From Lama guanicoe (taxonomy: Eukaryota), in NCBI GenBank assembly GCA_013239625.1, contig MU053431.1:932001-996000 (forward strand): 64,000 nt of DNA. Reading direction: 5' to 3'. Shown here one piece after another: positions 62,416 through 64,000 of this stretch. The position numbers and the translations under genes are program-made. The first letter of the stretch is position 1, and each line of letters starts with the position of its first letter. The notes beneath the pieces were generated by a model that was given only the letters and a program-made list of their open reading frames with translations, was not told the DNA's origin and ran no database searches.

Positions 62416-63767
62416 TCCCAGGAGACCTTTAGTTTTGTGTGACGTGACCAAGACAACACTGGGGGAGTGAAAGCAGTGCAACTCCAAGGTTGCCTCCGAG
62501 TGGAGGTGAGTTTTACGCACGGCAAGACCTGGATCTGCTTGTGTATTAATGGAGCTTCTTAATGTGATAGCTGTTGTCCCGGGAGCTCAGAGGGATGGGA
62601 AGAGATAAAACTCATGAACAAAACTGCCGCTCATTCACGGTCTTATTCCAGATCGAGTCTTTGTCTTAGCAGAATCGCCGCCCTTCTGCGTGCACTTGGA
62701 CTTCGGGGTAGGGGGACCCCCTGGGCTCTTGAGTGTTTGTGAACTTCCCGGATGGATGGCTCGGCTGGGATCCGCAAAGTCTTGTTAACAACATTAATGT
62801 GCAACTACCTGCGTTTTAATCACGCGAAGACAAACTCGGGCCATTCTGTTCTGGTGGAGCATCACTAATTCTAGTTACATGATAACCATGCAACGCTGGA
62901 GTTTAGAAATTAGGCCCCCGAGATGCATTAGCTGTGTGGTGCGCCGTCGCTAAACGAGCGTCAGTGTTATTATCCAGGTAATTCAAAGCAAATTTCCAGC
63001 TGTGACGATAAAATGGTTCTGGTAGTAGGTTGGGGTTTGCGCAGAAATTGCCGGTTAGGAGGAGAGCGGTTCTGTTTTCAAGCTGGAATTTTGGTGGGTT
63101 CGTTTTACTGACTCACTTTCATTAAATTCTGAGTTTTTTTAACCAGTGTGGTAACAGCACACTAGGGCAACTGTGATTATGGGTTCACAGAGAAATGGGG
63201 TCTTTCCCACCCCGTTTAGCCTGTGGCGGTCTTCGGTCTAAGTGCACAGTTCTCGTCTGGGTCCAGGATAAAAAGGAAGCTCAGTGATCGATGCCAGGAG
63301 TCCCGCCCGGGAGCGCTTGCCCTGAGCCTGGGACCGTCTCTGAGAGCCTGGCGCTGGCTGTGCCTCGCCCCCAAAGCCCTGCTTCTGCCCTCCTGGCCCG
63401 TTTCCACTGCAGACCGTGCCCATGGAGAAGTTAATTTCCAGGGCAGAAGTGTGAGTAATTAGATTTGCTCTTAAACCCTTTCTCTCGTTCTGACACCGAA
63501 GGGCTGGGAGAAGAGGGTGTAGCCGCAGCTGCCTGTGATCTGATGACCGTCCTCTGCCCGCCGTGCTGGACTGACCCCTCTTGTCTGCCTTCCATTCCCC
63601 CCACACAGTGTAGCAGATGCACAGTCAACACGTGTCGGCTCGTGTCCGGGGAACCCCAAGGGTGCCTTGGTAGCACTTGGTCCCAGGAGAGTCACAAAGT
63701 ACGTATCACACGTCCTCTCCCCTTGTCAGCGTCACCACTCCTCGTCATCCTCTCGAGTCATCACCGT

Positions 63768-63900
63768 CGCTTACTGAGCGCCTCCTACCGTCTGTGTATC
63801 GCATTCACTCGTCAGATCCTCACCCCAGCCCCGTGGGGCAGACACGGTTCCTCTTCCCATTTCACATACGAGGAGACTGAGGCACGAAGGGGGCAAGCCT
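63768..63900 (-). mobile_element. MIR fragment
   Basis: cttactgagcgcctcc..atcctcaccccagccccgtggggcag..cccatttcacatacgaggagactgaggcac. Confidence 0.75.
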
Positions 63901-64000
63901 CTAGGAAGAAAGCTGGAGTCGGTATTGACTGTGTCAGGGTGGTCGGAGACTCCCCTCTGACCTACGTCCCTACGACGTGCGGAAGGCCCCTCTGACGCGC

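Overview
This is mammalian genomic DNA, most likely camelid. That is an inference: the L1 3' ends resemble camelid-type L1, and I saw no Bov-tA, CHR-1/2, PRE-1 or Alu SINEs. The window is GC- and CpG-rich, with no recognisable cellular protein-coding exon, RNA gene, CRISPR array or prokaryotic feature. The only recognisable protein fragments in the ORF track are LINE-1 ORF1/ORF2 remnants. It reads as the interior of a very long intron or an intergenic region, with scattered L1, L2, MIR, MaLR/ERVL LTRs, hAT MER elements, a 28-bp minisatellite, microsatellites and several AT-rich enhancer-like islands. The best signal is a textbook recursive-splicing (ratchet) site on the + strand at 28377-28412: branch point CTAAC, a 20-nt pure pyrimidine tract, then TAG|GTAAGT. 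It is followed by a 105/123-nt stop-containing RS-exon candidate, which implies a long + strand host intron. CDH4 intron 2 is my unverified guess for the host. Repeat family names come from remembered consensus motifs, and repeat boundaries are approximate.
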